Assembly: GCA_951406725.2 (NCBI GenBank)
Contig: OX597814.1
Span: 105,524,001 to 105,588,000, forward strand
Reading direction: 5' to 3'
Length of the DNA: 64,000 nt
Origin: Octopus vulgaris
Taxonomy: Eukaryota
Shown: positions 41,920 to 55,304 of the stretch, one piece after another
How the letters are laid out: each line of letters starts with the position of its first letter
How positions within the stretch are numbered: position 1 is the stretch's first letter
Program-made: the position numbers and the translations under genes
The notes under the pieces: generated by a model
Database searches by the model: none
Told to the model about the DNA's origin: nothing
What the model saw: only the letters and a program-made list of their open reading frames with translations

Positions 41920-42225
41920 CCGATGAAGCAGTGAGTTGAACAAAGTTGCCCCTCCCCTCTTTTTGTGATGCATACCCTGATGTAGATTCATCGGGTATCT
42001 CAAACAAAAATTTGTCTCCATGTTCTTTGAGCACATTCGCATTTACTCCTCGTGAATATCTGAAGGTTTATCAGCAGGGTATTGAATAGCTGTTGGCCCT
42101 TCAAACCTAAACTTACTTTAGACGGAGAAGGCCGGATCTTTGATATGCAGTGGTGTCAGTTCGGCGGGGGTTCATAGATTTCAATTCCAAATGCTGGGCC
42201 CTTCCTCCTCAGGAACTTCCATAGA
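41920..42225 (-). mobile_element. Degenerate CR1-group LINE 3' end
   Basis: Minus strand QLFNTL...DKFLFEIPDE, typical of the ORF2 C-terminus of these LINEs. Confidence 0.55.
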
Positions 42226-44224
42226 AGTTTTTTTTTGTTACATATTTGTTTTTATATATTTTAAACAGATAAAGCCATAAATACCTCAAAATATATTCAC
42301 GACAAACAAAAGTTAGAAAATGTCATCTGGATAACACAATTCAAAGTTCATGGCCCTAAAAACTGGTCAAGAACTATCCTGTTCAACTGTCCTGGAATAA
42401 ATTGTTCGACTGTCGTGGTTGATCCGGGCGGCTGGCATTATGAAGGAGAGGCCAGTGGTCAGCTGCGCTGGAATCGTTGAGAATTTGGAAGGTGGGATAG
42501 TTGGGTAATGAATGCATTGGAAATATGGGTGTGGTGAAAGAGTAGGTTTGAGAAAGAGAGCGAGGTGAGAGGTACATTGTCTATCTTTACGTTCTGAGTT
42601 CAAATTCCACCGGGGTTGACTTAACCGTCCATCCTTTCAGGGTCGATAAATTAAGTACCAGCTGCGTACTGGGGTCGATCTAATCGACTGGCCCCTCCCC
42701 TCAAATTTCGGGCCTTGTGCCTAGAGTAGAAAATATTCTCTGTGTGTGTTTTAAGGACATTTAACTTTAAAATCTTAAATCTCTCTCTCCTGTCTACAAA
42801 GCAACATGCACCCCCGTCTTCATTTTATCTAAAGAGGTCAAATAATACAAAAATGTCATGAGTTGTCTACCTTGTTTACCACCTTCCCGATTCCACGTCA
42901 TCTATTCTGAATTTTAATAAATTGTGACTTCGGTGCCATAACTCATTTTAAAGCCAAAAGTTTTGTTTTTAAACTCAAAAGTTTTTTGTCTTTAGATTCT
43001 TCCACTTACCTTTGTTCGGTTGAGCTGAACATTATTCAGCACTGCTTGCCTCTTGCTTCTCCCTCACTCAGATAGAGTTTATCTTACTCACCGCATCACG
43101 TCTGTTCGTAATTATTTGACTTGTTACTCACGAAGTACCAACCATTTCAATCTCTTCTTGGCAGTAGATCAGGAAGTCCCGAAATCTGTAATTTAAGAAG
43201 AGTTCAACCAATCAAACAGACTGGATTAGTAACATTTTCGGCTTCAGAGGCTTCACTCCGAAGCCCTATTAAAGCAAAAACCTTGGAGTAAAAGTGCACT
43301 AGGCCTGCCTGATTTAGGTGTATGAAGAAACACCCTTCTGTGTTTATATATAACAACACAAACGCGGCTGGGGTGAGAGTGTGGCACGTTATTGCGCGCA
43401 GTTGTTTTCTAACGTCTACAAAATAAGATTCTTGGGGATGGGAGAAAGGATGGAATTTGTTGGCCACTTGAAGTAATTAAGATATTACCAGATTGGTAAT
43501 TGGAAGAAGATATGTGGAAGACCTGTTTTTATTTATAAACTGTCTGAGGTTAGAGGTGGACGGGGGGTGCTGAGCTGTTAGTGTGCTTTGAATGTAATTA
43601 CCTTCGAATACGTGTGAGTGTATGGTTATGGAGCGTATGTCTAAGTATTCGTGTGCGTGTATTCATGTATGTATATGTCTGTATTTGTTTACGTGAAGTG
43701 TATATAAGTATCTTTTAGAACACTCGATCAGTAATTCAGAAGATTGCAAATAGCCAGTCGTGTCCAGGTCAGCCAACAGCGGAGAGGTAGCCGGTTCGTC
43801 CTTTGTTATATACAATGTATTTTGGCCACTTTCAACGGCTCAGTTCACATAGATCTCTGTAGGTACAACAATGCAGTAACTGCTGAGAATTGATGTAGAA
43901 ATTTCAGGACGGATTCACCGATTCTTGCGATGTCAATTGTCTCACATTTCTTCAGAGTCTCTAAGATAGAATGAAAAGATATGTTTGTACGAAATGAGAC
44001 AAGATGAAGTGATGTTGTGTAAACAAGTAAATAAGGAAACTGACAAATGTAAACAAATGTCTTTATTATTTTATTTTCATCGTTTCTGTTAAATCCTGTA
44101 CATCTTTCGATATAGATATATTTATCCTACAAGTCAGATATTTAACGTATTGTTTCGAAAGCTCGCCGCTTTCTGAGGTTGTTTACTTGTGCCACGTTTG
44201 TTCTGACCAAATAACGATGGGTCA

Positions 44225-44365
44225 AGTACGCAGCTGGTACTTAATTTATCGACTCCGAAAGGATGAAAGGCAAAGTCGACCTCGACGGAATTTGAACTCA
44301 GAACGTAAAAACAGACGAAATACCGCTAAGTATTTCGTTCGGTGGGCTAACGTTTCTGCCAGCCT
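44225..44365 (-). mobile_element. SINE family B (5' part)
   Basis: Reverse complement of the family B head and core. Confidence 0.85.
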
Positions 44366-44396
44366 AATATTAGGATGATGATAAACAAAAAAAATT

Positions 44397-44612
44397 GAGG
44401 CGGCAAGCTGGCAGAATCGATAGCGCGCTGGACAAAATGCTTAGAGGTATTTCATATGCCGCTACGTTCTGAGTTCAAATTCTGTCGAGGTCGACTTTGC
44501 CTTTCATCCTTTCGGCGTCGATTAAATAAGTACCAGTTACTCACTGGGTGTCGATGTGATCGGTTTATTCCCTCCCCGCAAATTTCAGGCCTTATGTCTA
44601 TACTAGAAAAGA
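44397..44612 (+). mobile_element. SINE family B
   Basis: Head, B box, core and short tail; ends about 70 nt before the exon acceptor. Confidence 0.85.
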
Positions 44613-44685
44613 TAAAGAATAACTCAAACAAACTCCTAAGTGTTTATAAAGTTATATTTATTTTAATTATTTTCTATTTTCGCAG

Positions 44686-44774
44686 AGTCCCGATCCTTTC
44701 CAGGAAGCTGATAAGGGGAAAATCTGCCAAAAATGCGGAGACCAGTGTCCCGGCTATTCCCCACATTATTGGAG
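44686..44774 (+). CDS. prickle: Coding exon for the N-terminal Cys-rich region of a PET-LIM protein: SPDPFQEADKGKICQKCGDQCPGYSPHYW(R)
   Basis: Polypyrimidine tract + CGCAG acceptor, 89 nt, GTAAGA donor in phase 2 inside the Arg codon. The motif GxxCxxCxxxCPGxxxHxWR matches PRICKLE3 (DRGQPCNSCREQCPGFLLHGWR) and testin ([20 protein letters not shown]), including the intron position in the Arg codon after W. Family assignment is firm; prickle versus testin is less so. Confidence 0.9.
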
Positions 44775-45539
44775 GTAAGACACATTTGTTATTTGTTATA
44801 GTCCGATTAATTTATAGGGATGGACCTAAAGAAAATACCTTGTGGTGATAACATGGGAAGGAGGGATTATAGGGATCGTATAGATTGGGTAGATTGATGT
44901 TTTGCTTAGAGTACCTCACTTCCCTGCTTCTGTAGCAGATTCATTTGGTAACAGTTTCCCCTCATCTGGGACATCCAAAGGAATTTGTCCAGAAACACAA
45001 TGGAAACGTACAGAGTAGATTCGACCCAACGTTCCATAATTTGGTTCTCAAATAATGACCATTTAAACGAAATTCAACGGAGTAGAAAATGGTATATATG
45101 GCTCTATGTGTAGACACATTGAGTAACCGGAGATGGATAAAGAACGCTCAACCTCTATTTTTGCATTTTCAGAAGTTCTCCTTTGTTTTGTCCTTTTACT
45201 ATGTGTGTGTGTGTGTGTGTGTGTAATAACATACACAAAAAAGAAGACACCATCGTAGAGATAAGTTATGTATATTCATAATAATGGTTTTGTGTGTACG
45301 TTCAAAACATTTTTTTTGTTGTTGTTGTTGAGCCCCAACGGACCTTTAACAAGCTAGATTCAAGATCTAAAACATTTTAGTTAATTGCGTTTGATTTTCA
45401 TGCAAAGTCTACCTATGACAACAGTATCCATATGAATAACTGCGTGCTCTCATATAAAGAGGATGTGATTTTCAAGATTTTGAATACTTTTCCTACCAAA
45501 CGCATCGAAGTATATGTCAGTCAACATAGTTTAGTGTGC

Positions 45540-45580
<41 letters not shown>

Positions 45581-45688
45581 AAAGAAAGACTGTATAGATA
45601 TTGACACGTGTCTGTGTGCAAACAGTAAACGTGTAGGTTGCATTTTCACACACACACACACACACACACACAGCACACACACACACAG

Positions 45689-45726
<38 letters not shown>

Positions 45727-46199
45727 CCACACACACACAGCTACAGACACACACACAGCCACACACACACACAGCCACACACACGCAGCTACACACACAC
45801 ACACACAGCCACACACAGCCAGCCACACACACGCACACACTCACAAAGGTGGTTGCAGCCAGCATCATATGATTGATAATGTGTCTGTGTGTGCGCATGC
45901 ACGTGTCTGCTGTGCACCGCTGCATATTTTGCAGTTGTTGGCGCTACTTTGATACTTCACATAGGTGTGTGTATGTGTGTGTGTGTATCTTGTTTTGCAC
46001 ATGTTTCTTTATAATAATGTTTGTGTTTACGTATGTGTGTGGTTTGTCTATATAACATCGACACTGATTCGCAACCAAACTAATGTTTTATTTATATTCG
46101 TTACTCTGAGTAAATAATCGCATTAATTTGTTTATCTCTAACAATCCAGTTTTATATTGAAATATTTATTCTTATCCTGTATTATAGCACTCTAAGTCT

Positions 46200-46240
<41 letters not shown>

Positions 46241-46339
46241 CTTTATCTCTCTCTCACACACACACACAATCAAATATATACGCACATGAAATAAACTTTG
46301 TGTGTGTTAGTGTGTCTCGGCCTTTCACCTAGTTCCAAC

Positions 46340-46385
46340 TTGCCTGAAGAAGCGGTGGCGCGCCGTGGAAACTCCCGAGTAACAA
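46340..46385 (+). ncRNA. Minimal hammerhead ribozyme motif
   Basis: ttgc-CTGAAGA-a gcgg tggcgcg ccgt g-GAAA-ctc cc gag-TA-acaa; stem I is weak. Confidence 0.55.
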
Positions 46386-46572
46386 ACCACTCGACCGGCT
46401 TAAATAAGCTTCACCAACACAAAGTATCCATTTGTATGAGTTTCTAAGAAGAAAAATTTCAGTGATTTAAGTGAATATACAAAGCGAAAATAATAAAATG
46501 CCATATTCTCTGCAGATGTTGAACTGGAGATGTTTACACTTGTGCCGTCTCAATACTAAACACCATCATCAT

Positions 46573-46622
<50 letters not shown>

Positions 46623-46967
46623 AACACACAATCTTTCTCTCCTTCACTTTCTCTCAGCTTCAGTTCCCGCTTTATCTCCTTCTTTCTCTCTATTTCATTT
46701 ATTTATTTTTCTTATTTATAGATATCCGTATCATTTTTTGGTCTCTTCTTTGCAATTCTCCTCTCCTCTTTCCTTCCTTCATTCCTTTCTTTCCATCTTT
46801 CCTTCCCCTCTCTTCCCTTTCTTTCATCTTCTCCTCAATCAAATAAAATTCTTTAATTATTTGTCGTCGTTTGATTCCTTCTCATTTACGTTAAGGACCA
46901 AACACTTCATTATTCTCTTCATCTCTCTCTCTCTCTCTCATTCAAGAATGACATTCTGCTGCACTTG

Positions 46968-46998
<31 letters not shown>

Positions 46999-47313
46999 GC
47001 TGCACATGCGCTTTGATGAAGTCCTAAAATGCTGTCTCTACACGCATTCACTTGACACATATATTTGTGATAAAGAAGGCAGCCACACCATATTAACCCA
47101 CGTTGATGATTTCGATGCATATTAAACGTAAATATATATATATTATAGTACAACAGTCTTCAATGAAAGATATTCATCGCCAGAAAGTTCTATGGTTTCC
47201 TTTATAAAGCTGACTTCCTTCAACCTAGAAGATATACACATACTCTGCGCGCGTGTGTATGTGTGCATGGGAGCAGTGTATGAAACACGTTGCATTGTTT
47301 TCTCTCTTTCTCA

Positions 47314-47362
<49 letters not shown>

Positions 47363-47366
<4 letters not shown>

Positions 47367-47546
47367 AGCCACTACACACATATTTTCTTTCTCTCCTTGT
47401 TTTTTTTTTTTTTCTGTGTCCCTTTCTGTAGAAGAGCGTAGGCTCGAAACGTAAAAAGACTTTTTCTATTCCTGAGCGTTTTACTAATACATCTGTTTGT
47501 TTTCTACACCACCTGTCTTCGTCTTTTGTTTTTTTCGTGAACTCTC

Positions 47547-47550
<4 letters not shown>
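47363..47550 (+). mobile_element. Penelope-like terminal fragment in (TA)n with hammerhead-like variant at 47418-47460
   Basis: gtcccttt-CTGTAGA-a gagc gtag gctc-GAAA-cg-TA-aaaagac; flanked on both sides by (TA)n. Confidence 0.55.
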
Positions 47551-47619
<69 letters not shown>

Positions 47620-48445
47620 TGGTGACTGTGACTCGGGCTTAACCCGAATATAAATTTAGTAAATTGAACTTGTTTTTGCAAGCTGATTGAATTTCTGCCA
47701 ACACTGCCGCCAATAACTCGGGCTCCTTTTATTGAACCTGGTCGCAGTTCATTTATTTTCATTCAGCCTCTGGCGGGCGTCTTAGAGGTGCCCTGTCTCA
47801 AAAAATATCATTCGTAGTAGACGTTCACACGCGCCTGACTCCGGTTCAGAAGTTACAAACCGAGTTGTTATCTATAATCGTAAAAGTTATTCAAGTTCAA
47901 TGTTTTCTTGAAGCAATAAATTTCTGTAGAGATTAGGATTTAAATTCCAATCTATAAAAAAAGTTTCCGTTCTACAATATTCTTAGAGGAACTAAAAATT
48001 ATCCAGCAACTCGGGCTAATACGAAGGAACCTGGGAGGCGTAAAAGGCGACATCTCTTATCAAGAGTACAGGTGACAGTCAGAGCGCTGATGTTTGTTGT
48101 GCACTCCGCTGGCGTTATTTGATTGCAGTTATTCTGTGCGTCTGTCTGTAAAGATCAGTTATGTTTTACAGGGTTGCTAAGTTTTTACCCTTAACTTAGA
48201 AATGAAGAAATGTCTGGTGCTAGATAAAAAAAAAAGAAGCCATTTGGGGGCTATAAATATTGCAGAAAAACGTGAAATTCTTCGAGCAGGACTGTGCCTT
48301 ACGTGAAATCTGTGATGAGCCCGAGCGACGAAATGTTTGCAATGAAAGCCGTTTTGATTTCTTTTTTTCTTTTTTAATTTTTCATACACCCATTTCTATT
48401 AAATTTACTTTCAATTTAACATTCTGCCTTATTATTCTTTCCTCT

Positions 48446-48490
<45 letters not shown>

Positions 48491-48604
48491 CACGTGATCA
48501 CGTGACCGACCAGACCATCAGATGTTGTTACACATCGCTGGTCACAATGCGTTCGCATTGTTTTAGCCTTCGAATGACGCCACCCCGCTGGCTAAGCGAG
48601 CAGG

Positions 48605-48608
<4 letters not shown>
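48491..48608 (-). repeat. 112-bp interspersed element inside (TA)n, inverted copy
   Basis: Base-by-base reverse complement of 40509-40620 plus one extra CACGTG unit. Confidence 0.9.
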
Positions 48609-48643
<35 letters not shown>

Positions 48644-49302
48644 TTAAACAAGAATATTGTTGACGGTAACTTCGAAGTTTCGGCAGTTAGACCATCGTCA
48701 GGCAATGGCTCCCACATGTGACAGTGTTGGATTATTAACATGTAGGCTAGTGTTGCTGAAGCTGTACACATGCAGATGTCTTAAACATACAATGGGTTAA
48801 TCCTTCCACGTGTGAAGACTGTTTTCCCTATTCGTAGACGCCCTAAACGCACAATAGTTTCTACTCCTACATGTGAAACGGCGTTACTGCTACTACACAT
48901 AAAATATACCCTAGATCCACCATTCTCACATGTGGATATATATTTCTGCTACACATTGAGACGTTTTAGCCCCACAGTATGATTCTGCTTACACATGTGG
49001 GAACAGCATCACATTACGATACATTTGATAGGTTTGGTGCAATGTTGATATTCCACAGCGGTTCCTTGCTTTTCAATTTTGTGTTGAAGCTCCTCTGCCC
49101 TGGTCCTCTTACATCCACCGTATCTAACTCTATACATTGCTTCCAAATTAAAATAGATGGTTCTTAGATAATTAAGAATGTACTCATTATCATGAAATTA
49201 AAAACAATGGTAATTAAATATGCCTGTAATAAGTCCATCTTATATTTCGATGTCTAACCTTTCCTACTTCTTTCAGTCAAATTGAGAGATGGGTTAAGTA
49301 TA

Positions 49303-49534
49303 TATTTCTTTACTACCCACAAGGGGCTAAACACAGAGGAGACAAACAAGGACAGACAAAGGGATTAAGTCGATTACATCGACCCCAGTGCGTAACTGGT
49401 ACTTAATTTATCGACCCCGGAAGGATGAAAGGCAAAGTCGATCCCGGCGGAATTTGAACTCGGAACGTAACGGCAGACGAAATACGGCAACGCAATTCGC
49501 CCGGCGTGCTAACGTTTCTGCCAGCTCGCCGCCT
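49303..49534 (-). mobile_element. SINE family B, full length with 17-bp TSD
   Basis: TSD GAGATGGGTTAAGTATA at 49286-49302 and 49535-49551. Confidence 0.92.
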
Positions 49535-51189
49535 GAGATGGGTTAAGTATAACCACCCTCCACCAATCACTGGGACATTGCTTCCAGCCAGCTTCGATGC
49601 TGTTTTTGTCTGCCAAATTTTATTGGAAAGGCTTTGATTAGCTCAGTGTAATGGCAAAATCAAGTCGCCACGCACGCAATGAGATCGAACCCGAAGTCCT
49701 GTAGTCGCGAAACTAACTTCTTAACCATACATCAATGACCCTGTCTCTTTGGTTATAAAGCCAGTGTGTCTTAGGTGAGAGTCAGATGGCGTCGTATATA
49801 CTCTCAACGTCTGAGGTTTGCTAGAATTAATTACGGTGACCAATCACGCGACCAACTTCTGCTGCTGCTGCTACCACTACTCCCCCTCCTCTTCATTCTC
49901 TTTCTCGCTCTTCATAAATAATGCGAGGAAAGCTTTGGCATCTACTGTTTCTCTTCAATCCAACCATTTGTCATTAACGATGTCCTTTTAAAGTCTGAAT
50001 CTCTTTGACTTCACAGTTTCATAATCACAACAACGGATCACTGATCGATTGCATGGAATATTAGTTGATTGATACGACTGGAAGCCGAAACTATGGCATG
50101 AGTTGACCTTTCAAATGTTATCGGTAGAATAATTGTCTTCTTGCCCTATTGAGAAAAGCCTTAAGATGTCAACCATTTTATGTTTCCACCTTTTATGAAG
50201 ATGGAACTTACTGTTTTATGGAAGAAAGAAATGTCCAGTGCATCACGTGTCCTATGCTAATACTTTAATCTCAGGCTGAGTTCAAATCGAAATCTGGGAA
50301 ACTTCAAAGCTTAAAACTTTTAATCTGACCAAGATTCTTGATGCATGAAGTTTGGTGATGAAACGCTCAGTCAACCTCAGTAGGAGTTGACGATTAATTA
50401 TCTCAATTAATTTTCTAAACGTAGATAATATACTGTATGAAGAGGATAATTATCTTTGATATGCTGTATATTTCTAGTTCTGTCCCTGCACTTGCCTTTC
50501 ATCTTCCCCAAGTCAAATCTTCATCACCTCTGTCCTAAAAAGTTACAAAGAAGGTATAACACCAATGCCATGTAGCTTTACTTTAGATTCTGCTCCGTCC
50601 TGAGTTCAAGTCCTACCCTGTCCTAAGCTTTGTTCGATTTCACCTTTTAAGACCTCAGACTGGATATTTGGTGTGTGGCTGTTTTTTATCCAAATATTCA
50701 AATTCATGTGACCGTGGCTGTGTGGTCTAGAAGTTTCTTTCTCAGTTATATTGGTCGGCAAAAGAGACCGAAAGAATCTCTATCAAGTTTTAAAAACATA
50801 GAACTGGCATCGATTCATTCGAATAAAATTCTTTAAGATGGTGCCCCCATGTTTGTATTCGTTTCGTTTGGTTTCTTTTCACTGTCCTGTTTTTGTTAGC
50901 AACTTTGACCCTCCGCAAAATACCAAATTTTATTTTGGTTCGCGGGAGCAACTGCCTTCAAAGTCTTATCTTGTCGTTCATTCCTCGAAATGAGTAGGAT
51001 AGTCGACAACTGATGAAGGGTCGTTTTTTTTTATGTTACTTGTCTTGTTTTCCATTTGTTTCTCTCGTTCTTCGCGTACACAACATTATTTTCGTATTTC
51101 ATGTTGTTTACGTTTTGTGACGTCCTGTACCCATATATGCATACTCATATGGATATATATGTATGCATGTAATGTGTGTGTGTGTGTGT

Positions 51190-51384
51190 GTGCGTGTGTG
51201 TATATACATATATATATATACATATGTATATATACATATATATATGTACACATATGTACATATATGTATATATGTATACATATATATGTATATATGTATA
51301 AATATATATGTATATATATATATATAGTATATATATATATTGTATATATATATAGTATATATATATATATAGTATATATATATA

Positions 51385-51420
<36 letters not shown>

Positions 51421-51530
51421 TATATATATAGTATATATATATGTAGTATATATGTAGTATATATATAGTATATATATATGTAGTATATATATATAGTATA
51501 TATATAGTATATATATATAGTATATATATA

Positions 51531-51595
<65 letters not shown>

Positions 51596-51635
51596 GTAGT
51601 ATATATATAGTATATATATATGTAGTATATATATA

Positions 51636-51677
<42 letters not shown>

Positions 51678-51685
51678 TATATATA

Positions 51686-51752
<67 letters not shown>

Positions 51753-51787
51753 ATATATATATAGTATATATATATATATATATTGTA

Positions 51788-51846
<59 letters not shown>

Positions 51847-51928
51847 GTATATATATATATGTAGTATATATATGTAGTATATATATATATGTAGTATATA
51901 TATATATGTAGTATATATATATATGTAG

Positions 51929-51997
<69 letters not shown>

Positions 51998-52012
51998 GTA
52001 TATATATATGTA

Positions 52013-52078
<66 letters not shown>

Positions 52079-52161
52079 TATATATATATATATATGTAGT
52101 ATATATATATATATATGTAGTATATATATATATATATGTAGTATATATATATATATATGTA

Positions 52162-52243
<82 letters not shown>
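51190..52243. repeat. About 1-kb (TA)n array punctuated by GTA/GTAG
   Basis: Direct reading; source of the YIYI artefact ORFs. Confidence 0.95.
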
Positions 52244-52251
<8 letters not shown>

Positions 52252-52272
52252 CTTCCCCAATCTCTCTCTCTC

Positions 52273-52304
<32 letters not shown>

Positions 52305-53028
52305 GCATAAAGTCGGTCATTATTGTTTTGAAGTGATATCTTTAAACTTTCTAAACCAATTGTTTACTGCAAATGTCGGCTATTTTAAAGCAAAAACGAA
52401 CGCAAGAATCCATAGAACTCCACCTGACATGTCTGTCAAACACTGAAATATTCCGTTGTTGTGACAAATGGCGTTATTTTGGTGATTAGAACAGGAAGGA
52501 GTGGTGCTGTTAGAGAAGACACTCAACTCAACGGCCATTCCTACTCGGCGTTTGGTGCCCTCTTCGTATTGCTTTGTGATGGTTCCTTTATAGCAGCTGA
52601 CATTGGACAATGAATGTCCGTGGAATTATATTTATGGAATGTTATTGACTGTAGGTGTGGTGGTAGTGGTGGTGGTGGTAGTAACTGAAGGGGGGAGCAA
52701 TCGAAACTGTAAGCAGAGAGAGAGAGAGAGGGAGAGAGAATTAGAGAGAGAATGAGAGAGAGAGAGTACTCATATGGCTTCATTCTCCTGAATTGCTGTA
52801 TTTTAAGAATATAAATGTCTAAAGTATATAAACACACATATCGCATTCACACGTGTGCGAACGTGCACATGGGCACACTATATTTGGTTTATATACATTT
52901 AAACACACGCACGCAACATATGGATGTATATATGTACACGTAAACACGTTAGGCGTATAAATGTACATATCTATACATATACACTACAGAAAAATGTATG
53001 CACGTGCATAGACCACAATATACGTTGA

Positions 53029-53075
<47 letters not shown>

Positions 53076-54563
53076 GACACAGTTACATATAAACCGCAGT
53101 AGATTTTCCTATCTACAAACACAGATATATGTATATTAATACAAATGTATACGCTGAACCTCGAAGCATCTGTTAAAACGTGACATTATTTTCCCATTTC
53201 TAGACATGCTGACTACACACACATCTGTAGTGTGTGTGTGTGGGTGTTTTACACATACATAAACACACAAATATGCATACACATGCACGTGTATAATGTA
53301 TATTTACACAATCCTAATTTCCCATCCTCTTTCTCTCACAGACGCACATACACGTGGCCTCTTAACTTTGATGTTCTACACACCGTCAGCTATAATATAT
53401 ACACCCAGTCTTTCCTTAATTCATTTATATACACCTATGTTAAATAAATAATATTTTCATGGACATATTAAGCAATCAGAGCAGTCGTGACAGTAGTCGT
53501 AGAAAATTGAATTACACATACACACGTATACACACACACACTCACCCCGCACACACATACACACGTACACACCCACACACGTATGTATCAATAATCAATG
53601 AAATTAGTAGAGTTGTCGCTTTTCCATGGAGAAAAGGCGTTAATAGATTTAGACACACTCTCACACATACAAGCCTCCATTCATTATCATCATTTAGCGC
53701 TATTTTGGAGACAGAAAAGACCAATTATTAAAGTGAAGCTGCATGATTCAGTGAATCCACCCATGTTATTTAATTATCGTCACTCTGATTCCAACGAAGT
53801 TCGAACTCGAAAACTTCAATTGGGGACCCTACCAGATCTCTTATTGCATTTTAATGAACGACTCTCTCATTTCTCGGCCTCACCTATCGACTCATTGGGA
53901 ATTTTGCTATATTTCTAACTTTTGTTTATACGAGGTTTTCTTACAACGCATCCGCTTCTTTAATTGTTGTTGTGGTATTCACGGTTTCCTGTGTATTGGA
54001 GAAATGATTATCGTTTATGCATCTGGCAACAGGTCCAAGTCTTTGACAAAGCCCTAGAACACAAAAATGCGCCTGCCAGTCTTTGCTATGATGATGTTCG
54101 TCTCTCAGACAAAATTACATCATCGTGTCTTTCAGTAGTTTACATACATCGTTTAGAGTCGACCGATGGTTGTTTTTCTATTAATTGCTAGCAAGGCCAC
54201 AATATTTCATTTTGCAACCATAATGTACCACCAAACACATCAAAGGTTTACAAATCGGTTCTGACTTAATTTTGTATTAGAAATGCGATGTTCTCCCTTT
54301 GAACTTTATCTCTGCAGATTTTCTATTCCGAACCAGCATTTCGCATACGAAGACGTCTATATAAGTAATGCTGACACAAAAGCAAGATACAATATTGAGT
54401 TTAATATACTTCATGTTATATTTTTTGGTTTGAAAACGAAATATGTTCTTGCTAGAACCAGTTGCCAGGAATGTATTTAATATGTAAATTGGTCTTTCCA
54501 ATGGTGTTACACTGACAAATTTAGTGGCTATTTAAGCGATGCATTCGTGGATAGTTGATTGGC

Positions 54564-54617
54564 TGGGTGTCGTGCTGACGAACGGGCAACAGCTCTCGAA
54601 ATTTGTATATACACCCA
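54564..54617 (+). ncRNA. Hammerhead ribozyme motif downstream of a decayed GIY-YIG-like segment
   Basis: tgggtgtcgtg-CTGACGA-ac gggc aaca gctc tc-GAAA-tttg-TA-tatacaccca; about 10-bp stem I, degenerate helix III. Confidence 0.55.
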
Positions 54618-54794
54618 TTTTTCTTTTATTTCTCATCGCATTGTTTACATAGACGTATTCGTATACGGAACGTCGTAACTTTCAATGCTGGCTCTGAATT
54701 CTATCGAAAATCTATAAAAATATGCTTTAAAATGGTTATTTTAGTGTTTCTTCAGAATTTCCGCATTACCCCTCCTTTCTCTCCTCTCTGTTTG

Positions 54795-54985
<191 letters not shown>

Positions 54986-55304
54986 AAGCTGTGATGATTA
55001 AGTTTGCTTCACAATCATGTTGTGATTACAGTGTCTTATGACAGATAGCCTCGAGTCAATGAAACCCTTCGGACTGAAATTGGTAACAGAATCTGTTTGA
55101 AAACCTGTCAGATGGTCTAATGATTTGGGTGCGAGCATCCAGCCACGAGGTCGGCGGTTCGCCCTCTGGCCGTGATAATATATTTATGCATTTTTCCTGT
55201 TTTCTTTTTTTTTTTTACTCTTCATTGGCCATGGCAATCCACCCTGTATAAATGGCACAGAGATCTCCATCATCATATTTGTCATCATCATCATCGTCGT
55301 CTTC

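Noticed and set aside
43204-43560. Possible Penelope-type RT relic on the minus strand
   Set aside because: Only faint resemblance (QESYFVD..); too degenerate to call without an HMM search.
48260-48505. Cys-containing ORF as possible exon 3
   Set aside because: Lacks KIC..CKC; the phase required after the previous exon hits TGA within two codons of the CAG.
51005-51025. CTGATGAAGGG as a hammerhead core (also 39098-39110 minus and 4948)
   Set aside because: No properly placed stem II, GAAA and UH downstream.
51108-52320. Longest ORFs (391-398 aa, YIYI...)
   Set aside because: Translations of a (TA)n array; the same applies to the CVCV, HTHT, LSIY and RERE ORFs throughout.
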